Shown here: in pieces, positions 38,886-49,200 of the stretch
Layout: every line of letters starts with the position of its first letter
Numbering within the stretch: the stretch's first letter is position 1
From: a candidate division WOR-3 bacterium
GTDB lineage: Bacteria; Hydrothermota; Tepidihabitantia; Tepidihabitantales; Tepidihabitantaceae
DNA: 64,000 nt
Direction of reading: 5' to 3'
Assembly: GCA_965649205.1 (NCBI GenBank)
Contig: CBFGJV010000011.1
Span: forward strand, 1 to 64,000
Notes under the pieces: model-generated
The model's database searches: none
Told to the model about the DNA's origin: nothing
The model's input: only the letters and a program-made list of their open reading frames with translations
Made by a program: the position numbers and the translations under genes

Positions 38886-39442
38886 TTCAGTTCCACGAAC
38901 TTGGGTCGGGCGAAAACTATCCTTCCCAGGTTGGTGTCCAGATTGCCCTGTACTACTACTTCGATGTCCTGTCCCACCAGGTCCGCTGCATTCTCGATCA
39001 CCAGTTTGATACCGCCATCCAGGTAGCCGATACCTTCGTTTTTCTCCTTTCCTTTTTTGGCTACCCTTACCCGCACCTCTGCGCCGGGAAGAAACTGAGG
39101 TCTGAAAAGATTGTAGATCTCAGTGAGCACTACAACCTGGTCGGTTCCCAAGGAGACAAGGTCAGGGATGGTAGTAAGCAGCAGAGCTTTATGTTTCTTT
39201 AAGGCTGCAGCTAAGCTAGCACGGTCGCGCAGGCGGGCATCAGATTTGACTGTGATGCCTTTAATCTTGCGCAGAGCAGCAATTGTTTCCCGTGCACGCT
39301 GGTTGCGCAGGTCAGTGTCTGAGCCGGGCTCGGGTACCAGCAACGTACCACTTACTAGGCCCAGCTGCAGAAAACGGACAATCCTCGGATCGGAAAGAGT
39401 GTCGAGGTCCAGAATGAAGGTTCTGGGTTTGCGAAAAAGCAT
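38882..39442 (-). CDS. PIN-like plus TRAM domain protein (YacL-like, no TM part)
   Basis: GKEKNEGIGYLDGG...VENA-like...GRIVFA; downstream of radA. Confidence 0.8.
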   Translation of the reverse strand: MLFRKPRTFILDLDTLSDPRIVRFLQLGLVSGTLLVPEPGSDTDLRNQRARETIAALRKIKGITVKSDARLRDRASLAAALKKHKALLLTTIPDLVSLGTDQVVVLTEIYNLFRPQFLPGAEVRVRVAKKGKEKNEGIGYLDGGIKLVIENAADLVGQDIEVVVQGNLDTNLGRIVFARPKFVELK

Positions 39443-39478
39443 GGTAATAACCTCCGTAAATGGTCAAAACAGGACGCA

Positions 39479-40846
39479 TCACGAAATCCCCAAAATTTCC
39501 AGAGCGGCGTTGACTGTTTCGACCGGGAATAGTTGCAGCCCCGTGTTCTTGCGCATTCTGGATGGCAGATTGCGGCGGGGCAGAATTACCTTCTTGAATC
39601 CGAGTCGGGAAGCTTCGCTGATGCGGGCTTCGACGCGGGCGACAGAACGTAGCTCACCGCCCAGTCCGACTTCGCCGATGAGAACTGAGTTGTCGGCGAG
39701 AACGACATTGCGGAGAGAAGAGGCTAAAGCGGCGAGTACAGCTAGGTCAGCGGCCGGTTCCTGAATTTTGAGTCCGCCGGCGATGTTCAGAAATACATCG
39801 TGTCCGGCGGCAGGAATTCCGGCTCGACGTTCCAGAACACAGATGAGCATATTGAGACGACGCAAGTCAAAGCCGGTGGCGACACGCTGGGGAAGAGCGT
39901 AGGGGGTTCGTGCCGCCAAGGCCTGTATTTCTACCAAAAGAGGTCTGGTTCCTTCCATAGTGGCACAGACAGCCGAACCGGAAATGTCCGGGCGTCGGCC
40001 GGAAAGGAAGAACTGAGAAGGATTGCAGACTTCAGATAGACCAGAATCGGACATTTCGAACACCCCGATTTCATCAGTCGGACCAAAACGGTTTTTCGCG
40101 GCACGCACTATCCGGTACTGCTGCATCTGCTCGCCTTCAAAATACAACACCGTATCTACCATGTGTTCCAGAGTCTTGGGGCCGGCTATAGCGCCGTATT
40201 TGGTAACGTGGCCAATGAGAATGGTGGTAAGAGTACGGGCCTTGGCCAGACGGAGAAGTTCGGCAGTACATTCCCGGACCTGAGAAATACTCCCGGGCGC
40301 ACTGGTAAGATCGGAGCTGTACAGGGTTTGAATAGAATCTACAACAAGTAGACCAGGATGGATTTCACTGACGGCCTCTATGAGCTCTCCCAGTTCGACG
40401 GAACAGAGCAGGGTGATATTGTCGGGATGCACTCCCAAACGTTCGGCCCGCAGTTTTACCTGTTCAGCTGATTCTTCGCCGGTGACATACAGTACGCGTA
40501 TGTGGTCCTTACCGAGCCGGTCGCATAACTGCAGGGTAAGGGTGGATTTGCCGATGCCCGGCTCGCCGCCAATCAGCACCAGAGAGCCTGTGACAAGTCC
40601 ACCGCCGAGTACCCTGTCGAGTTCAGCCAGTCCGGTAGTCTGGCGACGTTTCTGTTGCGAAGTGACTTCTGCCAACGAGATTGGCCGGGCCGGAGCCGCG
40701 GTACGCACCCGGCGGTTGCGACTGGATTTCTTCTCTTTGCGGTCCTCTTCTACAAAAGTGTTCCATTGATCGCAGCCAGGACAGCGGCCCAGCCAGCGGA
40801 GGCTGGTATAGCCGCAATTTTGGCATACGAAGGCGGAGGCTTTCAT
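39479..40846 (-). CDS. radA: DNA repair protein RadA/Sms
   Basis: CQNCG..CPGC, GEPGIGKST, KNRFG, Lon-like C-terminus. Confidence 0.97.
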   Translation of the reverse strand: MKASAFVCQNCGYTSLRWLGRCPGCDQWNTFVEEDRKEKKSSRNRRVRTAAPARPISLAEVTSQQKRRQTTGLAELDRVLGGGLVTGSLVLIGGEPGIGKSTLTLQLCDRLGKDHIRVLYVTGEESAEQVKLRAERLGVHPDNITLLCSVELGELIEAVSEIHPGLLVVDSIQTLYSSDLTSAPGSISQVRECTAELLRLAKARTLTTILIGHVTKYGAIAGPKTLEHMVDTVLYFEGEQMQQYRIVRAAKNRFGPTDEIGVFEMSDSGLSEVCNPSQFFLSGRRPDISGSAVCATMEGTRPLLVEIQALAARTPYALPQRVATGFDLRRLNMLICVLERRAGIPAAGHDVFLNIAGGLKIQEPAADLAVLAALASSLRNVVLADNSVLIGEVGLGGELRSVARVEARISEASRLGFKKVILPRRNLPSRMRKNTGLQLFPVETVNAALEILGIS

Positions 40847-40848
40847 TC

Positions 40849-42237
40849 TTAGTCCAGCGGTATTTCTTCGTCCATTACTGGTTCTTCGTAGCCTGGGGGT
40901 GCCAGGTCTTCGAAACGCATGCAATGCTTGAGGAAAACAAGGGGGACGGTGGCGAGGGGGCCATTGCGTTGCTTGGCAATGATGACTTCGGCTTTACCCT
41001 CGGCGTCTGGGTCGGTAGGAAAGTAAAATTCCCGGCGGTAGAGTAGTAGCACGAGGTCCGCATCTTGTTCTATAGCTCCGGATTCGCGCAGATCGGCAAG
41101 CTCGGGACGCTTGTCTTTGCGTTGCTCGGGAAGACGTGAAAGTTGGGATAACGCAACTACAGGTACATTTAGCTCTTTGGCCATGGCCTTGAGTGAACGG
41201 GTGATTTCGGTTATTTCCTGTTGACGGTTTTTTTCCCGTGTACGCGGGCCGCTTGCTTCCATCAGCTGCAAATAGTCGATGAGAATCAAGTCCAGCGGCT
41301 TTTTGGCACTCTGGCGCCGGGCACGAGCGCGGATTTCCAGAGCGGTGAGCGCGGGTGAGTCGTCGATGAGAATGTCCGCGTCGTTCAGGCTCGTTGCGGC
41401 CCGCAGCGATGCCCGTTCTGCTCCGGAAAGCCTGCCGCTGCGCAGGTTATGCATGGATATGCTGGCTTGAGAACAGATTAGCCGCTGTACCAGAGACTCG
41501 GTGGACATCTCCAGACTGAAAATTGCTACCGAATGTCTTTCGCGGCCCGCGTTGACGGCGATATTAAGAGCAAAGGCTGTTTTGCCCATGGAAGGCCGGC
41601 CGGCAATAATGATAAGTTCTCCGCGTTGCAGCCCGCAGGTGAGCGCGTCCAGTTCTCTAAATCCTGTGGGTATGCCGGTAGTGGCGGGTTTTTGTATGGC
41701 GACGTTTTCAAATCTGTTTATTTCTTCCTGCAGCAGCTCCTTGATATGGATAAATCCTTTGCGAGTACCTGACTGGCGGATTTCAAATATCTTCTGCTCC
41801 GCCTGATCGAGCAGTTCTTCCGGGCGCCGGCTTTCATCCCAGGCATTCTGGACAATTTCGGTAGCGGTTTGAATAAGCTGACGCTGGATGGATTTTTCCA
41901 GAATCAGCCGGGCGTGTTCCTCGCAGTGGGCCGTGGTGAGGATTGACTCCACTAACGAGGCAAGAAAGGGCGGTCCGCCAATGTTGTCCAGTTGTTTCAT
42001 GCGCCGCAGTTCGTCTGTTACTGTTACTGTGTCAACAGGGGAGTTGCGATCGAAAAGGTTTACCGCTGCCTTATATACCTGGCGGTGGCTGGGCAGATAA
42101 AAGTGTTCAGGATTTCGCCCCAGAATTTCAATGACCAGAGCAAGAGCCTGCGGGTCTTGCAGCATGGCAGCAAGCACTGCCGCTTCGGCGTCCAGCGCTT
42201 GAGGAAGACGGCGAGTGAGTTCTTGGTTCTCAGGCAT
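40849..42237 (-). CDS. dnaB: Replicative DNA helicase
   Basis: GRPSMGKT, DYLQLM, LSQLSR, DLRESGAIEQDAD, KQRNGP; no intein. Confidence 0.97.
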   Translation of the reverse strand: MPENQELTRRLPQALDAEAAVLAAMLQDPQALALVIEILGRNPEHFYLPSHRQVYKAAVNLFDRNSPVDTVTVTDELRRMKQLDNIGGPPFLASLVESILTTAHCEEHARLILEKSIQRQLIQTATEIVQNAWDESRRPEELLDQAEQKIFEIRQSGTRKGFIHIKELLQEEINRFENVAIQKPATTGIPTGFRELDALTCGLQRGELIIIAGRPSMGKTAFALNIAVNAGRERHSVAIFSLEMSTESLVQRLICSQASISMHNLRSGRLSGAERASLRAATSLNDADILIDDSPALTALEIRARARRQSAKKPLDLILIDYLQLMEASGPRTREKNRQQEITEITRSLKAMAKELNVPVVALSQLSRLPEQRKDKRPELADLRESGAIEQDADLVLLLYRREFYFPTDPDAEGKAEVIIAKQRNGPLATVPLVFLKHCMRFEDLAPPGYEEPVMDEEIPLD

Positions 42238-43459
42238 CTTGGCGTTTTCTCTCCTGCCAGAGTTTGGCAATTTCTTTGAGAAGCAAGGCGGCGAACTCGT
42301 TTTTATTCAGGAGCGGGAAACGGCGTAGCCTTTTCTGTTTTGAAAGTAGTGTGGCCTGTATGGAGTCGGAGTCGGCAGTAGCATAGTCGTTGACTACAAT
42401 GAGATCCATTTTCTTGGCATTCAATTTCTGGCGGGCGCGGTTCAGATCCGGGTCCAACGAGAAACCTACAACCAGAGCCCGATGTTCGGTCTGGCTTACA
42501 GTCTGGAGAATATCCGGAGTACGTACCAGTTCAAGCTGCAAATTCGGTGTGTGCAATTTTTTCTTGCCGACCTTTTCGGGCCGATAGTCGGCCGGAGCTG
42601 CGCACATCACTAGCACATCAGTTTCAGGCAGGTGGCGAAGAACAGCCTCCAACATTTCTGCGGTGGTGCGTACCCGTTCTGTTTCCACTTCTGGTAGCGG
42701 GGTAGAGACGACGCCGGCGATGAGTCGTACCTTAGCCCGGGAGAGAATGAGTTGGCGACAGATAGCAGCTCCGAGCTTGCCGCTGGAGCGATTGGTAATA
42801 ATGCGTACCGGGTCCAGGGGTTCTTCGGTGCGTCCTACGGTAAGGAGTACACGGACGCCAGCGAGGTCGGGCGTTTTTTGAGAGAGCGCGGCAGCACACA
42901 GCGCGAAAAGATGAGAGGGTTCGGGAAGCCGACCAGGCCCAGAGGTACCACAGGCCAGTTCACCCTTGGTAGGCTGTATAAGCACATATCCGCGTTTGGC
43001 GAGCAGGGCAAGATTATCCTGTACCGCGGGGTGAAGCCACATATTTGAATTCATAGAAGGAGCAAGGAGGACGCGACCGGCCTGGAGGGTAGAAGAAGGA
43101 ATGGCTAAGAGGAGCGTGGAGAGAAGGTCATCGGCAATGCCATGGGCAAGTTTCCCTAAGATGTTGGCAGTAGCTGGAGCTACCAGTACCAAGTCTGCCC
43201 AGCTGGCCAGGTCAATGTGTTGTACAGAACCTGCAGGCAGGGTAGAGCCGACGGGTTTATTATTAGGAAAGAGTTTGGTAGCCACCGGACGGCCGGTGAG
43301 CGCAGTGAAGGAGTGGGGGGCAAGCAGTTTGCAGGCGTGGCGGGTCATCACCACCTGGACCTCATGGCCGGCTTTACGTAACAGCCGTACCAACTCCAGA
43401 GTCTTGTAGGCAGCAATGCCGCCGGTGATTCCCAATAGGATGCGAGAAGGTTTGGTCAT
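42230..43459 (-). CDS. coaBC: Phosphopantothenoylcysteine decarboxylase/ligase
   Basis: TGGIAAYK, APATAN, PSMN, LACG..GPGRL, DPVR..TNRSSGK. Confidence 0.95.
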   Translation of the reverse strand: MTKPSRILLGITGGIAAYKTLELVRLLRKAGHEVQVVMTRHACKLLAPHSFTALTGRPVATKLFPNNKPVGSTLPAGSVQHIDLASWADLVLVAPATANILGKLAHGIADDLLSTLLLAIPSSTLQAGRVLLAPSMNSNMWLHPAVQDNLALLAKRGYVLIQPTKGELACGTSGPGRLPEPSHLFALCAAALSQKTPDLAGVRVLLTVGRTEEPLDPVRIITNRSSGKLGAAICRQLILSRAKVRLIAGVVSTPLPEVETERVRTTAEMLEAVLRHLPETDVLVMCAAPADYRPEKVGKKKLHTPNLQLELVRTPDILQTVSQTEHRALVVGFSLDPDLNRARQKLNAKKMDLIVVNDYATADSDSIQATLLSKQKRLRRFPLLNKNEFAALLLKEIAKLWQERKRQDA

Positions 43460-43484
43460 GGGAGCCGAGACACTTCCCGACTGT

Positions 43485-43748
43485 TCAGCCGGTAACTCTG
43501 TAATTCAGGTTAGGCTCACCATAGCCTTCGCGAGTGAGGGCTTCCATTTCTGCTTCGGTCAGTTTTTCGTATTTGAGCTCACCGGCAATAAGGCGTCCCA
43601 AGGCGTAGTCGTAAACATTCTCGTTGAGCTGGACCTCGCCCTTCTGCATGGCGTCGATAAGTCGCCTTGCTTCTAAGGCGGCCACATTAAGAGCCTGATA
43701 CTTGTTAGGGTATTTTTCCCAGATACGCTCTAAAGATATGTTTTTCAT
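43485..43748 (-). CDS. rpoZ: RNA polymerase omega subunit
   Basis: NKY...AA.EAR motif; gmk-rpoZ-coaBC synteny. Confidence 0.85.
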   Translation of the reverse strand: MKNISLERIWEKYPNKYQALNVAALEARRLIDAMQKGEVQLNENVYDYALGRLIAGELKYEKLTEAEMEALTREGYGEPNLNYRVTG

Positions 43749-44416
43749 CTGTCACTTCCTCCTTTGGGGGAAACTTTGCTGCCGCTGTCTTTGAGCGGTA
43801 GCAGATTTATCTGCCGACTGGTCCGAAGTCGCTCGGCCCGGATTATGGCCAGCACGTCTGCCACGGCCTTGTCCAGTCGGTCGTTTACTACCAGATAATC
43901 AAACTCGGGAATCGCGGCCAGTTCGTTCTGTATTTCTGCCTGGCGGCGCTGAACCACTTCCAAGGAATCGGTACCGCGCTTGCGCAGCCGACGGTTGAGC
44001 TCGGCGAGGTTGGGTGGGATTATGAAGATGCCCACCGTACCGGGAAGGGCTTGCTTGCAGGAACGCATGCCCTGAATGTCCAGGTCGGCTATGACATCGC
44101 GGCCCTGCTTGAAACAGGCAAGAACGTGAGCCCGGGGAGTGCCGTACAAGTAGCCGTAGACCCGGGCGTGTTCCAGCAGTTCACCTTTACGCAGCAATTG
44201 TTGAAATTCTTCTTCGGAATAGAAGTAATAGCTGCGCCCGTGTTTTTCGCCTGGTCGGCGAGGGCGGGTGGTGGCGGATACAGAGTAGGCCAGATGACGG
44301 TCGGCGGCTACTGCTCTGCGGCAGATGGAAGTCTTGCCTCCACCCGAAGGTGAAGACAGCACGATGAGAAAGGGATGATGCCGAATCCTGGTAGGAATGG
44401 AAACTTTCCTATTCAA
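43745..44416 (-). CDS. gmk: Guanylate kinase
   Basis: SPSGGGKT, SATTRPRRPGE, YGT. Confidence 0.96.
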   Translation of the reverse strand: MNRKVSIPTRIRHHPFLIVLSSPSGGGKTSICRRAVAADRHLAYSVSATTRPRRPGEKHGRSYYFYSEEEFQQLLRKGELLEHARVYGYLYGTPRAHVLACFKQGRDVIADLDIQGMRSCKQALPGTVGIFIIPPNLAELNRRLRKRGTDSLEVVQRRQAEIQNELAAIPEFDYLVVNDRLDKAVADVLAIIRAERLRTSRQINLLPLKDSGSKVSPKGGSDR

Positions 44417-45284
44417 TGTTACGCACCTGTTCTTTCAGTTTTTCAATTTCGCCTTTAATTTCTATGGCGCGCCGGGATACTACTACGTCGCGCGCCTTGG
44501 CAGCCATCGTGTCTGTTTCGCGCAACATCTCCTGGGCGATAAAGTCCAATTTCTTGCCCGAGGTGGAAGAAAGCTTTAGGGTGCGCAGAAACATGGTGCA
44601 GTGGCTTTTAAGGCGTACGCATTCTTCGTGGATGTCCACCTTGTCAGCAATGAAGGCAATTTCCTCCACAAGACGCTTAGGGTCAACTTCGGCCTTGAGT
44701 GCTTCCAGCTGGCTGAGGAAATTCTGTCTGCGCTCGGCCAGACGCCTGGGTACGCGAGCTTCAACTTGGCGCACGGCGGCCAGTATTTTCTTCACTCGCT
44801 GACGCATGTCTCTCACCAGTATGGCTCCTTCGGCCTTTTTCATCTGGTTGAGCTGTACCAGAGCTTGATTAATCAGACGGCGACAGACCCGCCACAGCTT
44901 TTGGCGGTTGCGCGGCGACTTCCCGGTTACCACTAATCCCGGGAAAGAGAGGACTGTGTTTATGTCCAGCGTGCCCGGCAGCTGGTAGCGGGCCTTCAGT
45001 TCGCGGGCGAGCTTGATGTAGTCACGGGCGAGAGCGTGGTTGATGGCCAGGGTTGGAGTGTCAAGCGATTCGTCCAGATCAACCTGCAGCTGTACATATC
45101 CCCGTCGGATGTGTCGTTTTACCAGCTCCCGTATTTCACCCTCATAGCCGGCCAGAACCGGGGGCAGACGCGGTATTAACTCAAAGAACTTATGGTTGAC
45201 CGAACGAATGTCCACAATGATGGTACCATTTGTGGGTTCAAGTTGGGTCTGTAGTCGGGCAACGCCAGTCATGCTCCGTATCAT
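44409..45284 (-). CDS. yicC: YicC/YloC family endoribonuclease
   Basis: IRSMTG, RSVNH, DIHEE..RL, GKKLDF..QEM.RE, EQVRNIE. Confidence 0.95.
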   Translation of the reverse strand: MIRSMTGVARLQTQLEPTNGTIIVDIRSVNHKFFELIPRLPPVLAGYEGEIRELVKRHIRRGYVQLQVDLDESLDTPTLAINHALARDYIKLARELKARYQLPGTLDINTVLSFPGLVVTGKSPRNRQKLWRVCRRLINQALVQLNQMKKAEGAILVRDMRQRVKKILAAVRQVEARVPRRLAERRQNFLSQLEALKAEVDPKRLVEEIAFIADKVDIHEECVRLKSHCTMFLRTLKLSSTSGKKLDFIAQEMLRETDTMAAKARDVVVSRRAIEIKGEIEKLKEQVRNIE

Positions 45285-45742
45285 CGTTCCGCTCCGGTTT
45301 TTTCTCCTTCTTCCAGTATTATCGTCACCGGCCCGTCATTGGTCAGAGATACCTGCATATGCGCTCCGAATTGACCAGTACGAGTCGGAACCCCCAGATA
45401 GGCCAGCTCGGCCACGAACCTTTCGTACAACTCTTTTGCGCGTTGTGGCGGGCAGGCAGCAGTAAACGACGGGCGCAAACCCCTGCTTGTATCTGCATAG
45501 AGGGTGAATTGTGGTACCACTAAACAGGAGCCGTGGGTATCCAAAAGCGATAGGTTCATTTTGCCAGCTGTATCTTCGAATATCCGCAGCCGAGCTACGC
45601 GCGACGCCATTTGGCGACAGGTTTCTTCAGTATCGGCGTGGCCTATGCCCTGCAGTACGAGTAATCCTGGTCCAATGCGGGCAATTTCTTCGGTTCCCAC
45701 TGTGACCCAAGCAGTGCTTACCCGTTGTAACACTACACGCAT
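45281..45742 (-). CDS. dtd: D-aminoacyl-tRNA deacylase
   Basis: MRVVLQRV, QFTL, RPSF, FGAHM, NDGPVT. Confidence 0.96.
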   Translation of the reverse strand: MRVVLQRVSTAWVTVGTEEIARIGPGLLVLQGIGHADTEETCRQMASRVARLRIFEDTAGKMNLSLLDTHGSCLVVPQFTLYADTSRGLRPSFTAACPPQRAKELYERFVAELAYLGVPTRTGQFGAHMQVSLTNDGPVTIILEEGEKTGAER

Positions 45743-46369
45743 CTAGTAAGCTTTTCTCTGTTTGAGCAGATGTACCAGTCTGCGGGCAAAAGCGCGGGCC
45801 TGCAGGTGGGTGGAAGCGGTAACGATATTGCCATCGGTCACAACGGGATTAGGCAGGTAGCGAGCTTCACCAGCACGCAGCATGCTGACGGCCTGCCGTT
45901 CGGGAACGGTGGTAGCGCGCATCCCTTTTAGAATTCCTGCATTGGCAAGGCATATGCTAGCGATGCCAACTGCACCGACCGTGCGCCCGGTAGCGGCGAA
46001 CTCACGCAATTTTTCGTGTAGAAGAGAGTCACGCCAGAAGATGGCAATGCCGGAACCGCCCACAAGGACAAAAGCCGAGAAGTCGGAGGCGCGTACGTCG
46101 TGCAGTCTTACTTCCGGGTTGAGAATAGTTTGATCCATTCCTACGGCCGGTGCGGTGTCTTGGGAAACCACTACGTATGCCATTCGCGCCAGTTCCAGCT
46201 GACGAGCGACAGTGAGAAACACTTCGTCATCAAACAGGCGTTGGCTCACGAAAATCAGAACCGGTAGCGGGCCGCGCGCATTTGCCTGTGTGTGCGGCGA
46301 GACAGGACTAGACTCGGCTTGTAGCAAGCCGGAAAGCAAGAACGGCAGCGCCCAAAGCAGTTTGGTCAC
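45743..46369 (-). CDS. DJ-1/PfpI family protein with signal peptide
   Basis: LVGGSG, LANAGIL.G..AT, VVTDGNIVTA. Confidence 0.8.
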   Translation of the reverse strand: MTKLLWALPFLLSGLLQAESSPVSPHTQANARGPLPVLIFVSQRLFDDEVFLTVARQLELARMAYVVVSQDTAPAVGMDQTILNPEVRLHDVRASDFSAFVLVGGSGIAIFWRDSLLHEKLREFAATGRTVGAVGIASICLANAGILKGMRATTVPERQAVSMLRAGEARYLPNPVVTDGNIVTASTHLQARAFARRLVHLLKQRKAY

Positions 46370-46406
46370 GGTAAATCAATGAAGGATATTCAGGATGGAG
46401 GGAAAG

Positions 46407-46904
46407 TCAACGACCCGGCAGTGATTCCAGACCTCGGACCGTGTCCTGAGGTTTGATACCGTGGCGGTGAAACCATCCGGCGTTCATTTCTAGAGCAAAG
46501 CGTACGGGTACCGAGGATTGATAGCGGGTCAGCGTGTCTTCCGGGCTCATTTCAAAGATGTCGGCGATGATACCGGAGGAGGTGATAAAGGCAATACTGA
46601 GGGGAAGATAGGTATTTTTCATCCAGAAAGAATGGGGGGCGTTTTCACCGAAAACAAAGAGCATTCCGGAGTCAGGTGCCAGCCAGTGACGGTACATCAG
46701 TCCCTGTTCCCGTTCTTCTTCGTTGGTGGCTACTTCTACATAGGCTACTTGCTCGCGAATCCTAAGTTGCAGGCGGGGAAGGTTTAAGCGAATTGTCTCT
46801 TCTTTTGTCTGGTGTGTCTTCGAATTCCGGGGACAGGAACAGCTCGGATGAATGAAAGAGACCAGCAGGATGAACGCTACCGGCCTACTTAGTTTCACCT
46901 TCAA
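46407..46904 (-). CDS. DUF192 family protein
   Basis: EVA...GLM.R, GMLFVF, FWMKNT..PLSIAF, ALEMNAG. Confidence 0.92.
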   Translation of the reverse strand: MKVKLSRPVAFILLVSFIHPSCSCPRNSKTHQTKEETIRLNLPRLQLRIREQVAYVEVATNEEEREQGLMYRHWLAPDSGMLFVFGENAPHSFWMKNTYLPLSIAFITSSGIIADIFEMSPEDTLTRYQSSVPVRFALEMNAGWFHRHGIKPQDTVRGLESLPGR

Positions 46905-49014
46905 GAACTATCCGGGACAGGTCGGCAACCTGAAGAAAGAGAGAGCGCAGATAAAGCGCCAGACGCAGACGGTTGGTGCGTAACCTTTCGTCTTCTGCCA
47001 TAACCAGAACCTCGTCGAACAGACGGTCAATAGGCTGTCTCAGCTCCAAGAGCAGCTCCAATGCTGGGAAGTAGTCATAGGAGGCCATAGCCTTTCTTAC
47101 TTCTGGCTCTACTTTCTGAGCGGTTTGCCACAGTTCGATCTCGGCCGGTTCGTAGAACAGGGCAGGATTGGGTAGACCCGTAACTTGCTGGTTCTTCAAG
47201 ATGTTAGCCACGCGTTTCTGACCGATTATCAGCTTTTCGAACTCCGGTCGGCTGCGGAAGGCAGATAGAGCACGGGCTGCGGCCAAAGCGCGCACCGGAT
47301 AGTGCCAGGTTGTTTCCATGACTGCCGCGGATATGTCATAGGGGATTCCTTTATCGGCAAGTACGGACTCGAGTCTTTCTTGGAGAAACGGAATCAGTTT
47401 GGCGGAGTATTCAGCCGAGGGAGACTTGAAATTGCGGAGGGCCACAGTCAGCAGCTTCTTGAGGTCAATATCCAAGTGGTGCGCGAGTATGATGTTCAGA
47501 AGTCCGGAAGCAGCGCGACGCAAACCAAAAGGGTCTTCTGAACCGGTGGGGATGGAACCGGTAAGAAAGGTAGCTACTATGTTGTCAATTCGATCCACCA
47601 GGGAAAGGCACGCGCCGTACCTGGTACGGGGCAGTTCTGAGTCGGCACCGGTTGGCAGGTAGTGTTCGGCGATGGCGTCGGCCACTTCGGCTCTTTCACC
47701 CAGCAGCCGGGCATAGATGCCCCCCATTTTCCCCTGCAGACTGGTAAACTCCTTTTCCTTCACCATATTTGTCAGAAGGTCAGCCTTGGACAACCATGCA
47801 GCTCGGTCCAGGATGTTTATTTCTTCTTCTGTCATACTCAGCTCAGCGGCCAGATGGCCACACAGTTCGCGCAGGTGAGCTGTCTTGTCGTAATAGGTGC
47901 CGATGCCTTCTATCCAGACAACGCGTTTTTCTTCTTCCACCAGTGCTTCCAAACCTCGCCGCAGGTCCTCGTCAAAGTAGAAGCGGGCATCGCGCAGCCG
48001 AGATTCGACGGCATGTTCGTACCAGCGTGCCACAAGCTCTTGGTCACAGCCAGGAGTGTCGGCTACGGCTACAAACAGCGGCAGCAGGTCGGTTGTGTCC
48101 GCTTTCGGATTCTGAGTTTGCGCCTGTACGGCGAAACAACGTTGATGTTTCTTCAGAGCGGTTATGAGTACATCGGGCGGCAAAGTCAGGTACGTAGGGT
48201 CGAACCGACAGAGAATCACAACCGGTGACTCGGTGATGTTCACCGTTTCTTCCAGAAGTTCTTCGTCTCCAATCATAAATCCGCCGGCCTGGGTACAGAG
48301 CTTGTCTGCCTGGGTGCGTACAGCTTCTCTTCTTTCCTCAGGTCGGCACAGTACTCCATGCTCGCGCAGGGTGTTTTCATATTCCAATGCGTCAGCCAGA
48401 CTTAGAGGATGGGATTCACTTCGTTTGGCCCAAGTAAGGCGATCGGCAGTAAGACTGGCAAATTCTACCGGTACCACTTCGGAGCCGAGCAGGCAGACAA
48501 GCCAGCGGATCGGTCGGGGAAACCGAGTAGCATCTGTCTGCCAGCGCATTGTGCGGGGAAAGGAAAGCTGACGCAGACAAAGCGGAATCTCCTTTAGGAG
48601 AATTTCCCGAGTATGTAGCGGGGGCACTTCTTTTCTGACAAAGGCGTATTCTCCGCGGGCAGTAGTTTTGAGATACAAATCCTGGGGTTGCTTGCCATGA
48701 GCGGCCGCAAAACCGATGCCAGTGCGGGTAGGAGTGCCGCCGGTGTCGAAAGCCACCTTTGCCGGCGGACCCTGCACTTCTACTTCGCCTCCCGGCTTTT
48801 CTGCCTGTACAGAAGAAAAACGTACACTCAAACGGCGAGGTGTGTAGAACAGCTCTGGCTCAGAAAACTGAAGTTCATGCTGGTTCAGTATTTCCCGGAT
48901 ACGATGGGCCAGTTCTTCACTTCCGCGCCGTAGAAACGCAGGGGGCAGCTCCTCGGTACCTATTTCTAGGAGTAGAGGCAGGTATAGTCCTTCGATTCTT
49001 TCTTTAGTTTGCAC
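46885..49014 (-). CDS. glyS: Glycine-tRNA ligase beta subunit
   Basis: LLEIGTEELP, TPRRL, RPIRW, RLRDARF, EF..LQG.MG, GSEDPFGLRR. Confidence 0.96.
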   Translation of the reverse strand: MQTKERIEGLYLPLLLEIGTEELPPAFLRRGSEELAHRIREILNQHELQFSEPELFYTPRRLSVRFSSVQAEKPGGEVEVQGPPAKVAFDTGGTPTRTGIGFAAAHGKQPQDLYLKTTARGEYAFVRKEVPPLHTREILLKEIPLCLRQLSFPRTMRWQTDATRFPRPIRWLVCLLGSEVVPVEFASLTADRLTWAKRSESHPLSLADALEYENTLREHGVLCRPEERREAVRTQADKLCTQAGGFMIGDEELLEETVNITESPVVILCRFDPTYLTLPPDVLITALKKHQRCFAVQAQTQNPKADTTDLLPLFVAVADTPGCDQELVARWYEHAVESRLRDARFYFDEDLRRGLEALVEEEKRVVWIEGIGTYYDKTAHLRELCGHLAAELSMTEEEINILDRAAWLSKADLLTNMVKEKEFTSLQGKMGGIYARLLGERAEVADAIAEHYLPTGADSELPRTRYGACLSLVDRIDNIVATFLTGSIPTGSEDPFGLRRAASGLLNIILAHHLDIDLKKLLTVALRNFKSPSAEYSAKLIPFLQERLESVLADKGIPYDISAAVMETTWHYPVRALAAARALSAFRSRPEFEKLIIGQKRVANILKNQQVTGLPNPALFYEPAEIELWQTAQKVEPEVRKAMASYDYFPALELLLELRQPIDRLFDEVLVMAEDERLRTNRLRLALYLRSLFLQVADLSRIVLEGETK

Positions 49015-49020
49015 GCGGGG

Positions 49021-49049
49021 ATAATAGTAGATATCCGCCAGAAAGTCAA
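49021..49049 (-). promoter_or_regulatory. glyS promoter (leaderless geometry)
   Basis: TTGACT, 17 nt, TATTAT, 6 nt, GTG. Confidence 0.6.
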
Positions 49050-49200
49050 ACTTGCTGGCAGCCCGCCTTTCGGGGATGGTAGCCCAGCGTTAACAGTTTG
49101 TTACACCAGCACATAGCATATGGAGCGCCAGATGCAATTCTGTTTGACAGGGCTGGTCGGCGAAGTAATAATCCTCCACTCGCAAGAAAGGAGAAACCAA

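Noticed and set aside
40849..42237. Intein in dnaB
   Set aside because: Normal length and contiguous motifs.
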